Origin: Lophium mytilinum | Lineage: Eukaryota | Reading direction: 5' to 3' | Assembly (NCBI GenBank): GCA_010093605.1 | Contig: MU004188.1 | Location: 871,673-935,672 of the forward strand | Length of the DNA: 64,000 nt | Shown: positions 37,331 to 49,187 of the stretch, piece by piece | Position numbering within the stretch: the stretch's first letter is position 1 | Layout: the number at the start of each line of letters is the position of its first letter | Position numbers and translations under genes: made by a program | The notes under the pieces: generated by a model | Databases searched by the model: none | Told to the model about the DNA's origin: nothing | Seen by the model: the letters and a program-made list of their open reading frames with translations, nothing else

Positions 37331-37944
37331 TGGGTGCGGCGAGTGATATCTGGTTATGAAGAGTCGGAGGGGTGTATGATAATGATTTGGTAGAACCTCA
37401 AATGTGTGGTTTAGGGATTTTTTTTTGTGTGACCCTGTCGATTGCAGTGATGGGATATGTCATTTAGAGTAGGATAATGAGGTATCAGACTGGTCGGATC
37501 GGCCTGTTTCCCATCCCCCTAGATTCCTCAAAACGTATCAAAGGCTTCAATCAGTCGCAAACTACTATAGGAAGGTAGAGGTATTGTGCGATGGCTCGAA
37601 TCAAGGTATAGGCCTCTGATACTATGATTGAATTGATTTCGAACTATATTTGGAAAACCAAAGAGCCACTTAGTATAAAGTCTCCCTTCACATATAAGGA
37701 AAGCCTTTGTCTAAGCGTGGCGAGGATGATTGCGGGGGCGGGAGAGGGAGGTTTATGTGGCGAGATTGAGGGGGAGAAGACGGAGCCCGCGGCGGAGGCG
37801 CTCGATGGGGTAGAGAGTTGGGGTTGAGGAGGGTGCCAAATGGTTGAGATGTGCGTTTTCCTTTGCTATCCTTCTCGTATAATGCGTCATTGTACCCTAC
37901 GTAGGCCTACATACGCTGTTCTGCTATTTCTTGTCGTGGTGAGC

Positions 37945-38335
37945 CAATGTTTGATAGATGCGGAGGGGTACGTTACGTGCCCTCGTTGTAGTTGCTTCTT
38001 GATCTCGAAGCAACGGGCCCTAGATCAGGCGCTCGTCAAGAGATTCAAGAAAAGCTGTAGGAGCACCTTTGCTTACTAACTCTAGAGTCCATTCACAAGT
38101 TTCAACGAAATCAACCGCGTGAGAGGAATTTGATAAACGCCGAGGGGTACACCGCGTGCCCTTTTTTCAAGCCCTTTTTCAAGCTGGAAGCAACGGGGAG
38201 TAGATTAGGACCTCGTCAAGAGGTTCAAATAAAGCTATTAGAGCACCTCTACTTACTAGATTTGAAGTCCGGTTACAAGTTTCAACAAAATTAACCGCAT
38301 GAGAGCTTTTTTGGAAGGCGCGGAGGGCGCCTCAT
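37945..38335 (+). repeat. About 2.2 diverged tandem copies of a 180-bp unit, apparently decayed coding sequence
   Basis: GAAGCAACGG at 38007 and 38187. The copies share CTCGTCAAGAG, GAGCACCT and ACAAGTTTCAAC. Confidence 0.8.
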
Positions 38336-41300
38336 TACATCTTTCAGAGCCCTGGAGATAGGTCACATCTGGTTCATATACAAATATGTGTCGCGCGTTA
38401 AGGTGCCCTGATGAGTACGGTACCAGGACACAAGTACAGGCAGGCTTTCTTTCCATTGCGTACTGATATCTGATCAGGTGCTGAGACACCGCAGATTGCG
38501 GCAAAATGCTGACTGGTAGGGGTTTACAATATCTCTGATTCAAGCCTACTTGACTTTTCCTACTTTATACTAGACTGCAGTACTATGATATAATTTTAGG
38601 CAGGCCGTCTTTTTCGCCTTTTACCAATTATAATAAGGTGGTGAGGCACTACAAATAGCGGCAAGGTAGCCGACTGCAATGCCTCTGATTCATGTCCTCA
38701 GACGCGTCGAAGCACCTCTGACGGTGGTGAGCAAGGCGCCTAGACTTTTGAAAAGGCACTGTGTCCTGGTCGCTCAAAGTATAAATGTTTAGAGTTTTGG
38801 AGATGCATCGACGTACTTCAGACAGTATTGAGCAAGTGTACATGAAGTATGACGAGGAAGCGAAGTTTGAAGGCTTTTTCGAAAAAGAAAAAAGCCAGAA
38901 AAAAAGCCAGAAATTTCTACAGCTCAACCCTCGGTCGGCGGCCCCGAAGCTGCAGCGCTTTTTCTTTTAGAGGCGAAAAGGCTACATATAGTCTCTGGAT
39001 TGCTTTTTCTCCTGCCTCTCATGTTAAAATATGTGTAATTGACCGTCTCATGGCTTGCGTCAAAAGCCTCAACCGGCCTCTCTGGGGTGCATGTCGGCTG
39101 CATCTGACAACTTGACGGCCGTTCCAGGAGAATCGAACTGCTAGCTCTTCTCGCTCCCCTGACTAGTGTATCGATAAAGCAGCCCCGTGGCCGTGCAGAC
39201 GGACCGAACCTCTTTCTGCCGGCGCTGTCGAGTACGCTGTCGCGCCGTCAAAGCCACGCAGCGCCCAGAGGTTTTTGGGGAGGTACTAGATAAGCCTATC
39301 CTGTATATCGATAAACTGCCGCCACCAACACCCACTTCTGCAAAAGCTTGGAAGCTGATTAGCGGGTCCCTGGCGCGCGCCATAGAATATCGTGGTGCCT
39401 TTCTTGGTGCATTCTGGGTGCAGATGGCGTCAAGCCGTTGAAAGCATGTCATTGCGCTGGGCCTAGTGGGGTCAACCTGCAGGAACGACTTCTGAGCTAG
39501 AAATATTTGGCGAGGGGATCGGTTCTGCTTGCGACTCGTGATGGCTTTTCTGTCCATGGCAATGCTCGCTTGGGGGCCGATTCTTCGTGTTGAGAGGTGC
39601 ACCACGTGGGACTTGCCGGCACGAATTGGTTTGAGGCCATCAAAAGTGTATTTGCGACAGGTGACTACCCTCGCTTGGAGCTGAAATGAAAGGTTCTATT
39701 GCGCATCAGAGAAACAGGATTTCAGTAATTTGGCCTCGTAATGTCTATGATGATATGAAGCTCTGTTTGGATATCGTATTGGTTATATGACCCAGGTTCC
39801 GAGGTATAAGTTCCGAATCAAGGGATGTCACAGATGGTGGGTGGGCACGGACGGCGTTCCCTCCAGATTGAGTGCGACGATAGAGCTCTCGGCGGAAGAA
39901 GTTGGTTCCTGGATCGAATCCTGTTTCGCCGGGCTCTGGTTTCCAAACGTCTCACCCCGCCGGAGCCGCTGATACTGTGAGGCTTCTAGTACAAACCACC
40001 AAGTTTTCAGAACCGTTTCAAGCTCAGGGGTGTACCTGTTTGCACGAACATGTCTGTAATCCTGCTCACCAAGCAGCTCCGAACAGCGCTCAAGCTGAGG
40101 TCAGATTAGACTGCTTCAACGGGGCGATGGATGCTGGCCAGTCCGAGAGATAGGCATCCAGCATGTGTAAGGGCGGCCAGAAGGCAATAGAGATGCTGCT
40201 GTTGGCTCAATACCCGGTCTGCGATACCACTTAGATTGCGAGACGACCCTCAAACTATGGGTACATGTTCAGTTCGCTGTCGTGGCCTAGCCCTTGGAGG
40301 CAGCTGAGGGTCCAGTCACGATGCTGCCGCAAGAGGCGCTGCAGTTTAGCCAAGCTAGCAGAGGCACTGACTGGTGGCATTGCGCCGCTCCCGGTCAGCA
40401 TTCTTCGTGAAGATGGTGTTTCCGGGCGGCTATTGGCTGGTGTCAACTGTGGTCTGACCCTGTTGGTGCATATTCTGATTGCAGTCCGGGAGGCTCCCGG
40501 GCTACTCAACAGGGCCCACGCCAGATTCCAGCAATTCGAGTGCCGGAACTTGGTGATCACAAAAGACAAGCTCTACGCGCTCCTAGCCTGTCCACGACAC
40601 CTCCACGCTTCGCTTGTGGCGTCGCCGTTTTGAGCGCGCCGGTACCCTTTGTAGTGCTCTGGGCAGCGGGCGCACCGGATGCGTTTCGAGATTGGCTAAG
40701 AATGCCCAGGACTGATCGGCCCTGCGTGGCGGCGATCTAAAGAAGCCAGCCAGACCTTATGTTGTCGCACGGCCTACAGCGACGAGCATGTTGCCGAAGG
40801 ATGTCGATGGCGACGATGGAAGATGCTGGATCACCAGTTTCACACCCAGTTCCTCTCAACTTCTGCGGGACGGGACGGTTTCGGCGATCGTCACGCGGTA
40901 ATGAGTGCCGCGTCCACCAGGGCGTCAACAGTATGACTCGGGTGAAGACTGGCCATGATGTACATACATATAGACGCCATCACGTCTTCCCCAGAGCAGC
41001 GACCTGCAGCCCCGCAGCCACCGGCAACTGCTCGGGAACCGAAGGGAAAAGCAACGAGAGACTCAGGGGTGAGGGAAGATGCCGCTCGGCGCAGTCTCCG
41101 GAAGCAGTGGAGCTGGTTTGGATAGAGCAGGACGTGGTGGTGGTGAGGGTCGCAGTTGTGAGACTGGCCGAGCCGCGGTCTGCGCCGGGTGTCTGGCACG
41201 CTGTAATGGTGCGTTCTGTAGGCACTCCACGTCGGTACAAGAGCTGCGTAGTCTGTACTATACTAAAAGTCAATTCCCAAGACAGGTTTTTGCAGTCGTC

Positions 41301-42774
41301 GGCCGTGTTCCTGAAGCAGTGTGATAGGTGCTCGGCTGCATGCAAGGGCGAAGGCTTCTCCCGAGCTGGGTCAGGGGCATCCAACATCACCTGTCTGTCT
41401 GCGAGGTGAAGATTGAACAGGTTGAGCCGATATCACTTTGTCGACGCGTCCCGGGCGGCCAGGGGCTGCAGCCCATTCACAGCCCGTTTACAGGTCTGGT
41501 TCAGTGAAGCAATTGAACAGCACATCTCTGTCAGCGCAGCCGCAACCTCGCCGTCGTCCAACCGCTCTGCTCGCTGACGGCGCGGCATGGGCTTTTGAAA
41601 CGCGGTGCCTCCCCTCCAGCGTGCGCCACCATCTGCATGACCGTCGACCTCCCTCTCTTGACTTTGGCCGGCCCGCTGCCAGCAGGTTCCTCGCAGCGCG
41701 CCATGCTCGGTCGGCATCTGGCCAGCAACTCTCAGGACGATGCTCGACGGCGCTGGAACTTGGGGCAGCTAGGCACAGGCGAGCGACGGCAGGGCGGCTT
41801 CAGTGCCTATCACGGCAAGCCCTGGCTGGTGCTGGCGTCAAACGGCCGCGCTGGTGCCGTCTGGGAGCTGCGGGGGGTGTCTTGGCTTGTGGTGGGTGTG
41901 GCAGAGGTGCTTTTGGCCGTGGTGGGGTGCCTCGAGGCGAGCAGGGAATAAGAAATTGGCCTCCACACCTTCATCGTGAATTGCTAGCGGGCCCTTCACC
42001 GATATTTCAGCCTCGTGCTGCTGCTCCGTCCGATGTGCTGGCAGGCCTGCCCAGCGAGTGTGTGCTCCACTGCCGTTCCTGCGCAAGCTTATCTTAGCAC
42101 TGCCTGTTAATACCCCGTCTGGCCGCCCTCACTCCTGTGCGCAGTGCGAATGTCAGAAGCTGTTGCTTTCATTATCGTCTCCCTCCCGCCGCCTGCCCGT
42201 CCGTATGCACGCCTCGTGCAACCGTCTGTCTGCGCATGACCTCGTCCGCTGAGCTCCGGAATTACCTCGACGACCACATATCGTCCCCGCCGCCCGGTTC
42301 TGCTCGTCGACTCCATCTCGCGGCTGCCGCCATGTCCACGCCCCGGTGAATGATGCTGCGGGGCCCAAGCACAACTTCAATTGCGCCCTCCACCTGATTG
42401 CTTCTCTCCTCACTGCCGGCCTTAGTACCATCTGTTCCCTGATCCGACGCACCTCGCCTTTTCTCCTGCGCATTTCTCCGTCTGGCCTGTGGCCCGATCC
42501 AATCTTCGTATCTGCCACTTGAGCTTCATCCATCAAAGCTCCCCGCCTGCCTTTCCGGGCCCAAGACGACGCCACCCGTCATCACGCTCCCGATCGAGGC
42601 CAGTCCTTCTAGTTTGGCATCTCGGCGTGCAGAAGCTGTTCAGTCTGCAGTCGCTGTCGATCTTTCAAGCTCTATTCATCTTGAGCCCTACACATCTCCT
42701 GCAAGGAGCTCCACTCTTCACCCTTCCCCACCTTCACTCACTCTTCAATCGCCTTCCTCTCCCCTCTCCCAATC

Positions 42775-43407
42775 ATGGCCATGGAGGAGAACAACATCTA
42801 CATCATCATAGGCTCGGTCCTGGGTGTTCTCGTGCTGGCACTAGCCGCCGTATTGCTCATGTACTGCCGCAAGAGATCCAAGAGGAGGGTGCGAATCTTT
42901 TCCTTGCGCGCAGTCACTCCCCTCGACGACGCCGAATTCGAGTCCTGGAGACGGCCCAGCAAGTACACCCAACGGCCCGAGAAGTATGGTATCTTGCCGT
43001 CCAAGCCAGCCGTTGTGCGCTCCAAGTCGACACCCAACATCTTCGAGAAAGAACTCGCATACAACATGCCTAGTACACCTCCTCGAACACCACCTCATTC
43101 AATCACTCCAACCAGCCCGATCCGGATGCCAGACCATGCGCGCCGAAAGTCCAGCGTCACTTCGCTCCAGGATAGGCCACCCACGCCCTTCACTCCCACT
43201 CTATCAGAGGCCGATGAAGAGCCGTCGTCATATCTACCACACCCCAAATCTGCCCGGCAGCAACAAGGTCACGTCCACTACCCCTCGGTATCAGAGGCAT
43301 CGACCTTCGACTTTGGCTTCCACACTTCTCCACGTGAGAGCGGACGCTTCTCGGGCCAATCCGAGCGACAGCTCTACACTCGAGCTCGGCAGCATTCCGA
43401 AACATGA
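42775..43407 (+). CDS. Hypothetical single-pass membrane protein with a disordered Ser/Pro-rich tail
   Basis: N-terminal transmembrane helix followed by a basic stop-transfer segment and a conserved-looking LRAVTPLDDAEFESWR motif. Confidence 0.75.
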   Translation: MAMEENNIYIIIGSVLGVLVLALAAVLLMYCRKRSKRRVRIFSLRAVTPLDDAEFESWRRPSKYTQRPEKYGILPSKPAVVRSKSTPNIFEKELAYNMPSTPPRTPPHSITPTSPIRMPDHARRKSSVTSLQDRPPTPFTPTLSEADEEPSSYLPHPKSARQQQGHVHYPSVSEASTFDFGFHTSPRESGRFSGQSERQLYTRARQHSET

Positions 43408-44378
43408 AACCAATCATGTCCACCTATCATTTCAGACGAGTTCGTCTACACGTTCGACCGCACCACCCAGTGGCTGAGTCGAAGCAGTGATCTTCAATCT
43501 CCTTTTCGAATGTAATAACATGAAACATGCCCCCCTTCTCTTTCTTTGCATATATCCACGTCGATGAGTCTTGGGAAACTGGCGTTATTTGCGGATTTTT
43601 GATACCTGGAGGCACACTACATGCATAGGATGGAACATGCCAGACCGCATCGGTCGTTATCTCTTTTGTTCTGGTTACTCTTCGCTTCTTTGGTCGGGAA
43701 GCTGCAGGCTTCGTTGTCAGTCTTTGCTGCAGGCGGACGACGCTCTGGCAGTTTATTCACTGGTGGTTTGCATCATCTAGAGGAAATGAAATTGGATTGA
43801 AGAATACCAACAGTTGGCCTTTTGTGTGATACATCGCTGAGACATTAGTCTGCTTAGAATCGCCTGACGGTGTTGGTGTGAATGGCTGGTTAAGGCGAAC
43901 AGCTCACTTATGTCTCAAGTAGTCTTCTGGTGAGCGGCAGTAAGATGGAAAAGCAATCAAGACTAGATGTGAGGCCAAAGGCCGTTGTATTGATGATGGT
44001 GAGGAAGCTAGCTAATGAGCGGAAGGAGGAAGGATATACAAAAGATGCTGAGTAAGCCTGCTAGAGAGGAAGGTGCCCGACACTGAACACACATCACCAC
44101 TACACGCGGGGGCAAGCACGTTTTACAAGCACGTGCTACGAGCTCGTCCTTCAATGATGTTTTGTGTGAGAACCATTATGACTTTCCTATGACGATCTTC
44201 CGCTTTGCCAAGACTTGTTATGTTCCGGGCAACCTCTGGCCATTCAGAGACAACCGAACGTCACCAAGCTACAAAGGTACCACCACACCTCTTCAACCAC
44301 CACCGCCCTTGTTAGCAGAAAATCCCACTGCCCAAGCAGACCATCCTCATCGAACCCCAGTCCCAACACGCCACAGCT

Positions 44379-44866
44379 ATGGATCTCATACAAGGTACGC
44401 GCTCCACTCCACCACAGTTCTTCACGCGTCACCTCACTGACGGCCACCAGACTCTCTCTTCTACCTCATGCGGAACTCACCCTCCTACCTCCAAACCCTC
44501 TCTTCCATTCCCGCCAAAATCCAAGCCTTCAGCAACACTGTCTCACCACCCACCGACCTCACCTCCATCGCGCTTATCCTCGTCATCATCGTTCTCTTGT
44601 ATATTCTCGTCAGCTGGGTATGGGCATTAGTGCGCTTCTGGATACGTCTAGCAACACGCATAGTATTCTGGAGCGCGATAGTGGCGGTGGGCGCGTACGT
44701 GTGGCTGCGAGGGATAGAAGGCGTCGTGGAAGACGTGCAAGAATGGGCGGAAGTGTGGACCGCGGAGTACGGGAAGGCGAAGGTGGAGTACGCGAGATAC
44801 CAGACCGATGGGCAGTGGCAGAAACCGATGGGTTCGCAACCGAGGGGTGCGCGGAGGAGATGGTGA
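44379..44866 (+). CDS. APQ12: Nuclear membrane protein, Apq12-like
   Basis: MDLIQ exon, intron 44395-44450, then two transmembrane helices (DLTSIAL...FWSAIVAVGAYVWLRG). Confidence 0.7.
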
Positions 44867-45438
44867 AATGAGAGATGGTGCTGTTGGTCTCTGGTTGTTT
44901 TAAGACTGGGTTTGGGAAGTCTCGTTGCCTGTGGATGGATATTTCCAGGTTGGAGAACTGCCTGAGGGCACTCCGGCAGTTGCATTGGGATGGAGTTATT
45001 TTCATATGGCTACTACGATTTACGACCTTGGGTGGATTGGTAAACTAGGACACTCGATTTCACGACTCGGGACCTTAGACTCTGGAGATGCGCGATACCC
45101 GCCGGAGGTAGTCGCAGGCCTCAAATGCTTCAGCGATTTATGAGGTATATTCAGCGCGATCCGCACTGTCGTTGCTTTTGGAAGACGTCTCACCCTTAAT
45201 ATCGCCTTCCGCAAGAAAACATATGATTGCACCTGCGAATCGTACCAGTCAGCTCCTACTTCTGCCGTCATTGTTTTCTTCAATCTCCTCCTTTGACAGT
45301 TGCAGCATTGTATCCAAAGCTTCCTAACTTTGCGCAGCTTCAGGATTCATTTTCAGTATCCATTCCCAGATAGCCCGTATCCGACGCCTTTCGCTTCATC
45401 ATTTCTACCGCGTTAAGAACCTCAGTGTCGCCCTCAAC

Positions 45439-47612
45439 ATGTCTGAGAGCCGTGAATCCGAATGGGAGAGCATCTCTGATCCGATCAGCCGAGCAGAGTC
45501 AATCTTAGATCGCGATAGATCTCAATTTCACGGACCTTGGAATGTGCCTCATGCTAGTACTGAGGTGTTACTGCCACAGACGCGGCACCCTCGTGTTGTG
45601 CAAGACGCTTCAGCGCCTCCCGGGAGACTTGGCTCTTTGGGTTTCGAATCAGAGGGAATCAGCGCGGCTATCCCAAGGCACGAGGATGGTGGAATCGAAC
45701 TTCAAACGTTTGAAACAGGCCCTCAAACTCAGGCACCAACCGCCCCTGCTTTTCCGGCTACGATACACCATCAGGCTGTTCCCGCTGTGCGTACAGCAAA
45801 CCTGACTCGGAGGTCCGATTTACGCATCATGCCATTCTTGATACTGCTGTTTATCCTATTTTATCTCTCATGGTATGTTCTTTCTCAACTTCAATAAACA
45901 TTGCAACTTGGCTGACATGTTGTTTCCCTAGTGGCAACGTTGTGTGAGTGTCGTCCTTGATGATGCCCAACAGTCCACAAAGACACCTTCTAACACTTCT
46001 TGAAGCAACCCCCGGATCCATCGCATCGGCAAAGACTTCCATACATCGCACCACGAAGTCATGGTGCAATGGTCACTGTTCTATGCTGGCTATATCCTGA
46101 TCGGAATACCATTCAGTTTGTGTCTACAGTTTATGTTAAACTCCCATGCCTGGTGTAAGATGACATATGAGGATGTCTGGCCGACCCCTGCTGACACCGT
46201 CTAGTCCTAGTCGCATTCGGGTTCGCCGGCTGCGTGATCTTTGCGACACCATTCGTGGGGAACATACATTCGCTACGTTCTCTGCGATTTCTTCTAGGTA
46301 TATTGGGGGGCCAAGTCCTCCCTGGAACTGCCATTCTTCTTGGCCGATTTTATTCAAAAGCCGAGCTTTACGTCCGATTTGGGCTGTGCGTGTTGGTGGG
46401 CACTCTCTTTGGCGCTTGGAGTGGTTTTCTTGGGGACGCCTTAGAGTGGGTTAAAGATCTAGGACGAGACTTTATAAAGCTAGAATGCTAATTCGCTAGG
46501 CGCGCATCTCGGTCGGATAGGTCGGCCACACAACACGTCCCGTGAGCATTATTCCAAGAGTACTGTACATTCGTTTGCCGCCGCTTGAGGTGCCTCGGCA
46601 ATGTCTCGAAGTTTTCGGCCAAGATGTGATATCTGTCGACGCGAAATTGGAGCCGTTCTTCGAAACCTTTGACGACTTGGTTATCAGGCTAGAGTACCTC
46701 AAGCAGCGTCAATTCTCTATCAAATCCTACTAGGAGTCGTCGCAACTTAGAGCGTTCAGAAGTCGACTGACACTTCAAGCAGATTAGCCAACATCTACAT
46801 CCTTGAAGGGCTGCTCATAGCGTTTCTTGGCTCTGCGGCTATATTCCTAATTCCAACGTCCCGGACCACGCGGCGTGTCAGCCTTTGGAGAATGCTGCGC
46901 TGTTCTGGCGCCTTTAGCCGTGGAGACAACACCTTGAGGGACTCTACACAGCATCAAGACAGGCGATTTAGTTTGCGATGCTTGGCAAATAGACACACGG
47001 CTCTCTGCTCATTGGCTCTATTTCAGACCAATTTCATCCTCCAAAGTATACCCACCTTCACGCCACAGATCATAGCTCATATGGGACTCGAAGGCACAAG
47101 CGCCCAGATCGGATCAGCAGTACACTCAACCTTCCTCACCAAATTGACTTAGCTTACCCCTATAGGTACCCCTCGCAGGTTCTGCTCTCTGGGTCATCTT
47201 TCTCACCGTGCTCTGCGCCAGCAACAATATCACACTCACCCGCTTCATCTACGCAACGTTCGCTGCTTTTTCTATTGTCGGCGCCGCCGGCGTCCTCTGG
47301 GTAACTGCGCCGGTCGTGCGGTACATCGCCGTCATCCTCCTTGCAAGTGGTGTAATTCCTGCTATGCCGGCACTTTTAGTCTGCGGCGTCAATCGCGCGA
47401 GATCACCCCGCGAGAAGGCTTTAGTGGCGGGGTTCCTCAGTTCAACTGGTGCGCTGGGCGGGTGGACCGGCGGGGTTATCGGGTTAGCGCACTTAGCAGG
47501 TCATTCTGAACCTGGGATTTGGGTTGGCCATGTCGTTAACCTCATCGCTGCGGTTTCTGCTACGGTTATTGGGGATGTAGGCATTGTTTTGTATGATCTG
47601 CGGGATTCTTGA
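45439..47612 (+). CDS. Divergent MFS transporter (allantoate/nicotinate permease-like)
   Basis: DLRIMPFL, LRFLLGI.G..LPG....GRFY..AE..RF and IYILEGL motifs across several exons. The exon structure is only partly resolved. Confidence 0.6.
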
Positions 47613-47811
47613 GGGGTGACGGGGGTGTTCAAGATTGAGCGCGACAAGCACTTTTGAGCACTTGAAGCGACTGTTTCCCAGGGAGGATCGAAACATCACA
47701 TCGCAAGTGAAGAAATAGGAGAATCAATCAGAAGATCCTCTTTCTGCTGTAAGTAGTATGTTGAGATGACTGAAGTTGAGTGACGCCGCCTAACTAGGAC
47801 TAGCGCGATAT

Positions 47812-47860
47812 CCCAGCCACCGCCCAGCCACCGCCCAGCCACCACCCTCCAGCCACCCCT
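47812..47860. repeat. Short tandem repeat (CCCAGCCACCG) x3-4
   Basis: Seen directly upstream of the GPI protein gene. Confidence 0.8.
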
Positions 47861-48049
47861 GACTTCCATTCACCTTGTTCAATGCAAATGGCTGGTAAGA
47901 CCCATTCTTCTAGTTGATAGTCCGCTCACCATACTACCGTCCTACCGTACTACCGCCGAACTACTAACGAATCTAACGAATTTATTTCCACTTAAACATA
48001 TCTAATATCTGTGTCTACTCAATCAGCCCGCATACACATACCTAGCACC

Positions 48050-48895
48050 ATGCATCTTACCCTAAGAAAGACTGTTCTCTTCTACCTCACCTCCCTCATC
48101 TCCCCATCCACCGCCCTCCAACCCAGACAAGCCATCACCACCCCCGCCGCCGAATTCTCCTCTGCTGCTGCACAACTACTATCACTCTACCTACCCACCT
48201 CTGTACAATCCGCCATCGCGTCCGCAGCAGCAGCAGCGAGCATCACCGGTAAGACACGTCACCTCCTTTTCTAGTTTGCGAGCACCCACTAACGGATATC
48301 GGTGCTTCAGGCGATCCATCAAGCGTAGTCGAAGCCGCGTTCACGGCCTCTGCCACCCCGGCATGGTTCTCAGCGCTGCCGACGCAGTATCACAGTAACG
48401 TGCAAGCGCTAGAGAGCGCGATCGAGAAACTAAGGGGACAGGCGAGTACCGGCGTGCCCGGGGCGCCGCGGGTGATCGTGACGACGGTTCAGGGGGGGAG
48501 TACTGTGCTTACGGTTACGGGGGGAGCGACGGAGACGGGGGATTTGAGCGCGAGTAGGACGGGGGTGGTTAGTAGCGCGGAAAGCGTGAGTACTCGAGAT
48601 TTCAGCTGTTATATTGCAGGTTAGGAATGGAGTGCTAATTCGGGTATAGGCTGCTTCTTCGGCGCTCTCGTCGGGCCTCTCGAGTGCTTCTTCGGTGGCG
48701 TCTTCGGCGCGCTCAAGTGCTTCGTCGGTTGCGGCGGAGGCGTCTGCGTCGTTGAGTAGTGTGCTGAGTAGCTTGTCGGCGTCGGTGGCGGCGGCGAGCT
48801 CGACGTCCACGTCTTCGGGCTTTGCAGCGCCGACGAGGGTGCCGATGGCTGCGATGGGAGTGCTCGGGATGTTGGGGGCGGTAATGGCGTTGTAG
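48050..48895 (+). CDS. Secreted Ser/Ala-rich protein, probably a GPI-anchored cell wall protein
   Basis: Signal peptide, PAWFSALP motif, Ser/Ala tract and hydrophobic C-terminus (MAAMGVLGMLGAVMAL). Two introns. Confidence 0.82.
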
Positions 48896-49187
48896 ATAGG
48901 TTGGCAGGTGGCGTTATATAGTGGGTGTCGTGTTTATATGGCTGGGCCTGGCGTTCGTGAAGGCGACTTATCGACCTCGTAATGCAGCGGGGTTATGTTT
49001 GTAAGGATATCAGCGCTCTCACTATCCTACGATTTGCGTTTTGCAATGTCGTTCAACCTTCTTTCATATCTGAGATTTCAAACCACCATTCACGTCATTC
49101 CACGTACTAGATTCTTTATCGTGAGGTTTGCTGTTTTGATGAAAAGTACAAATCAAGCTACAGTTTAAGCTACAATATAAAAAATAC

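Noticed and set aside
39500..42700. Many overlapping 60-220-aa ORFs, with a faint ankyrin-like hint near 40.1 kb
   Set aside because: Expected by chance in GC-rich DNA; no convincing domain or splice structure.
44155..44225. ATGATGT...ATGA...ATGACGA arrangement resembling a C/D snoRNA
   Set aside because: No terminal D box and no recognisable guide.
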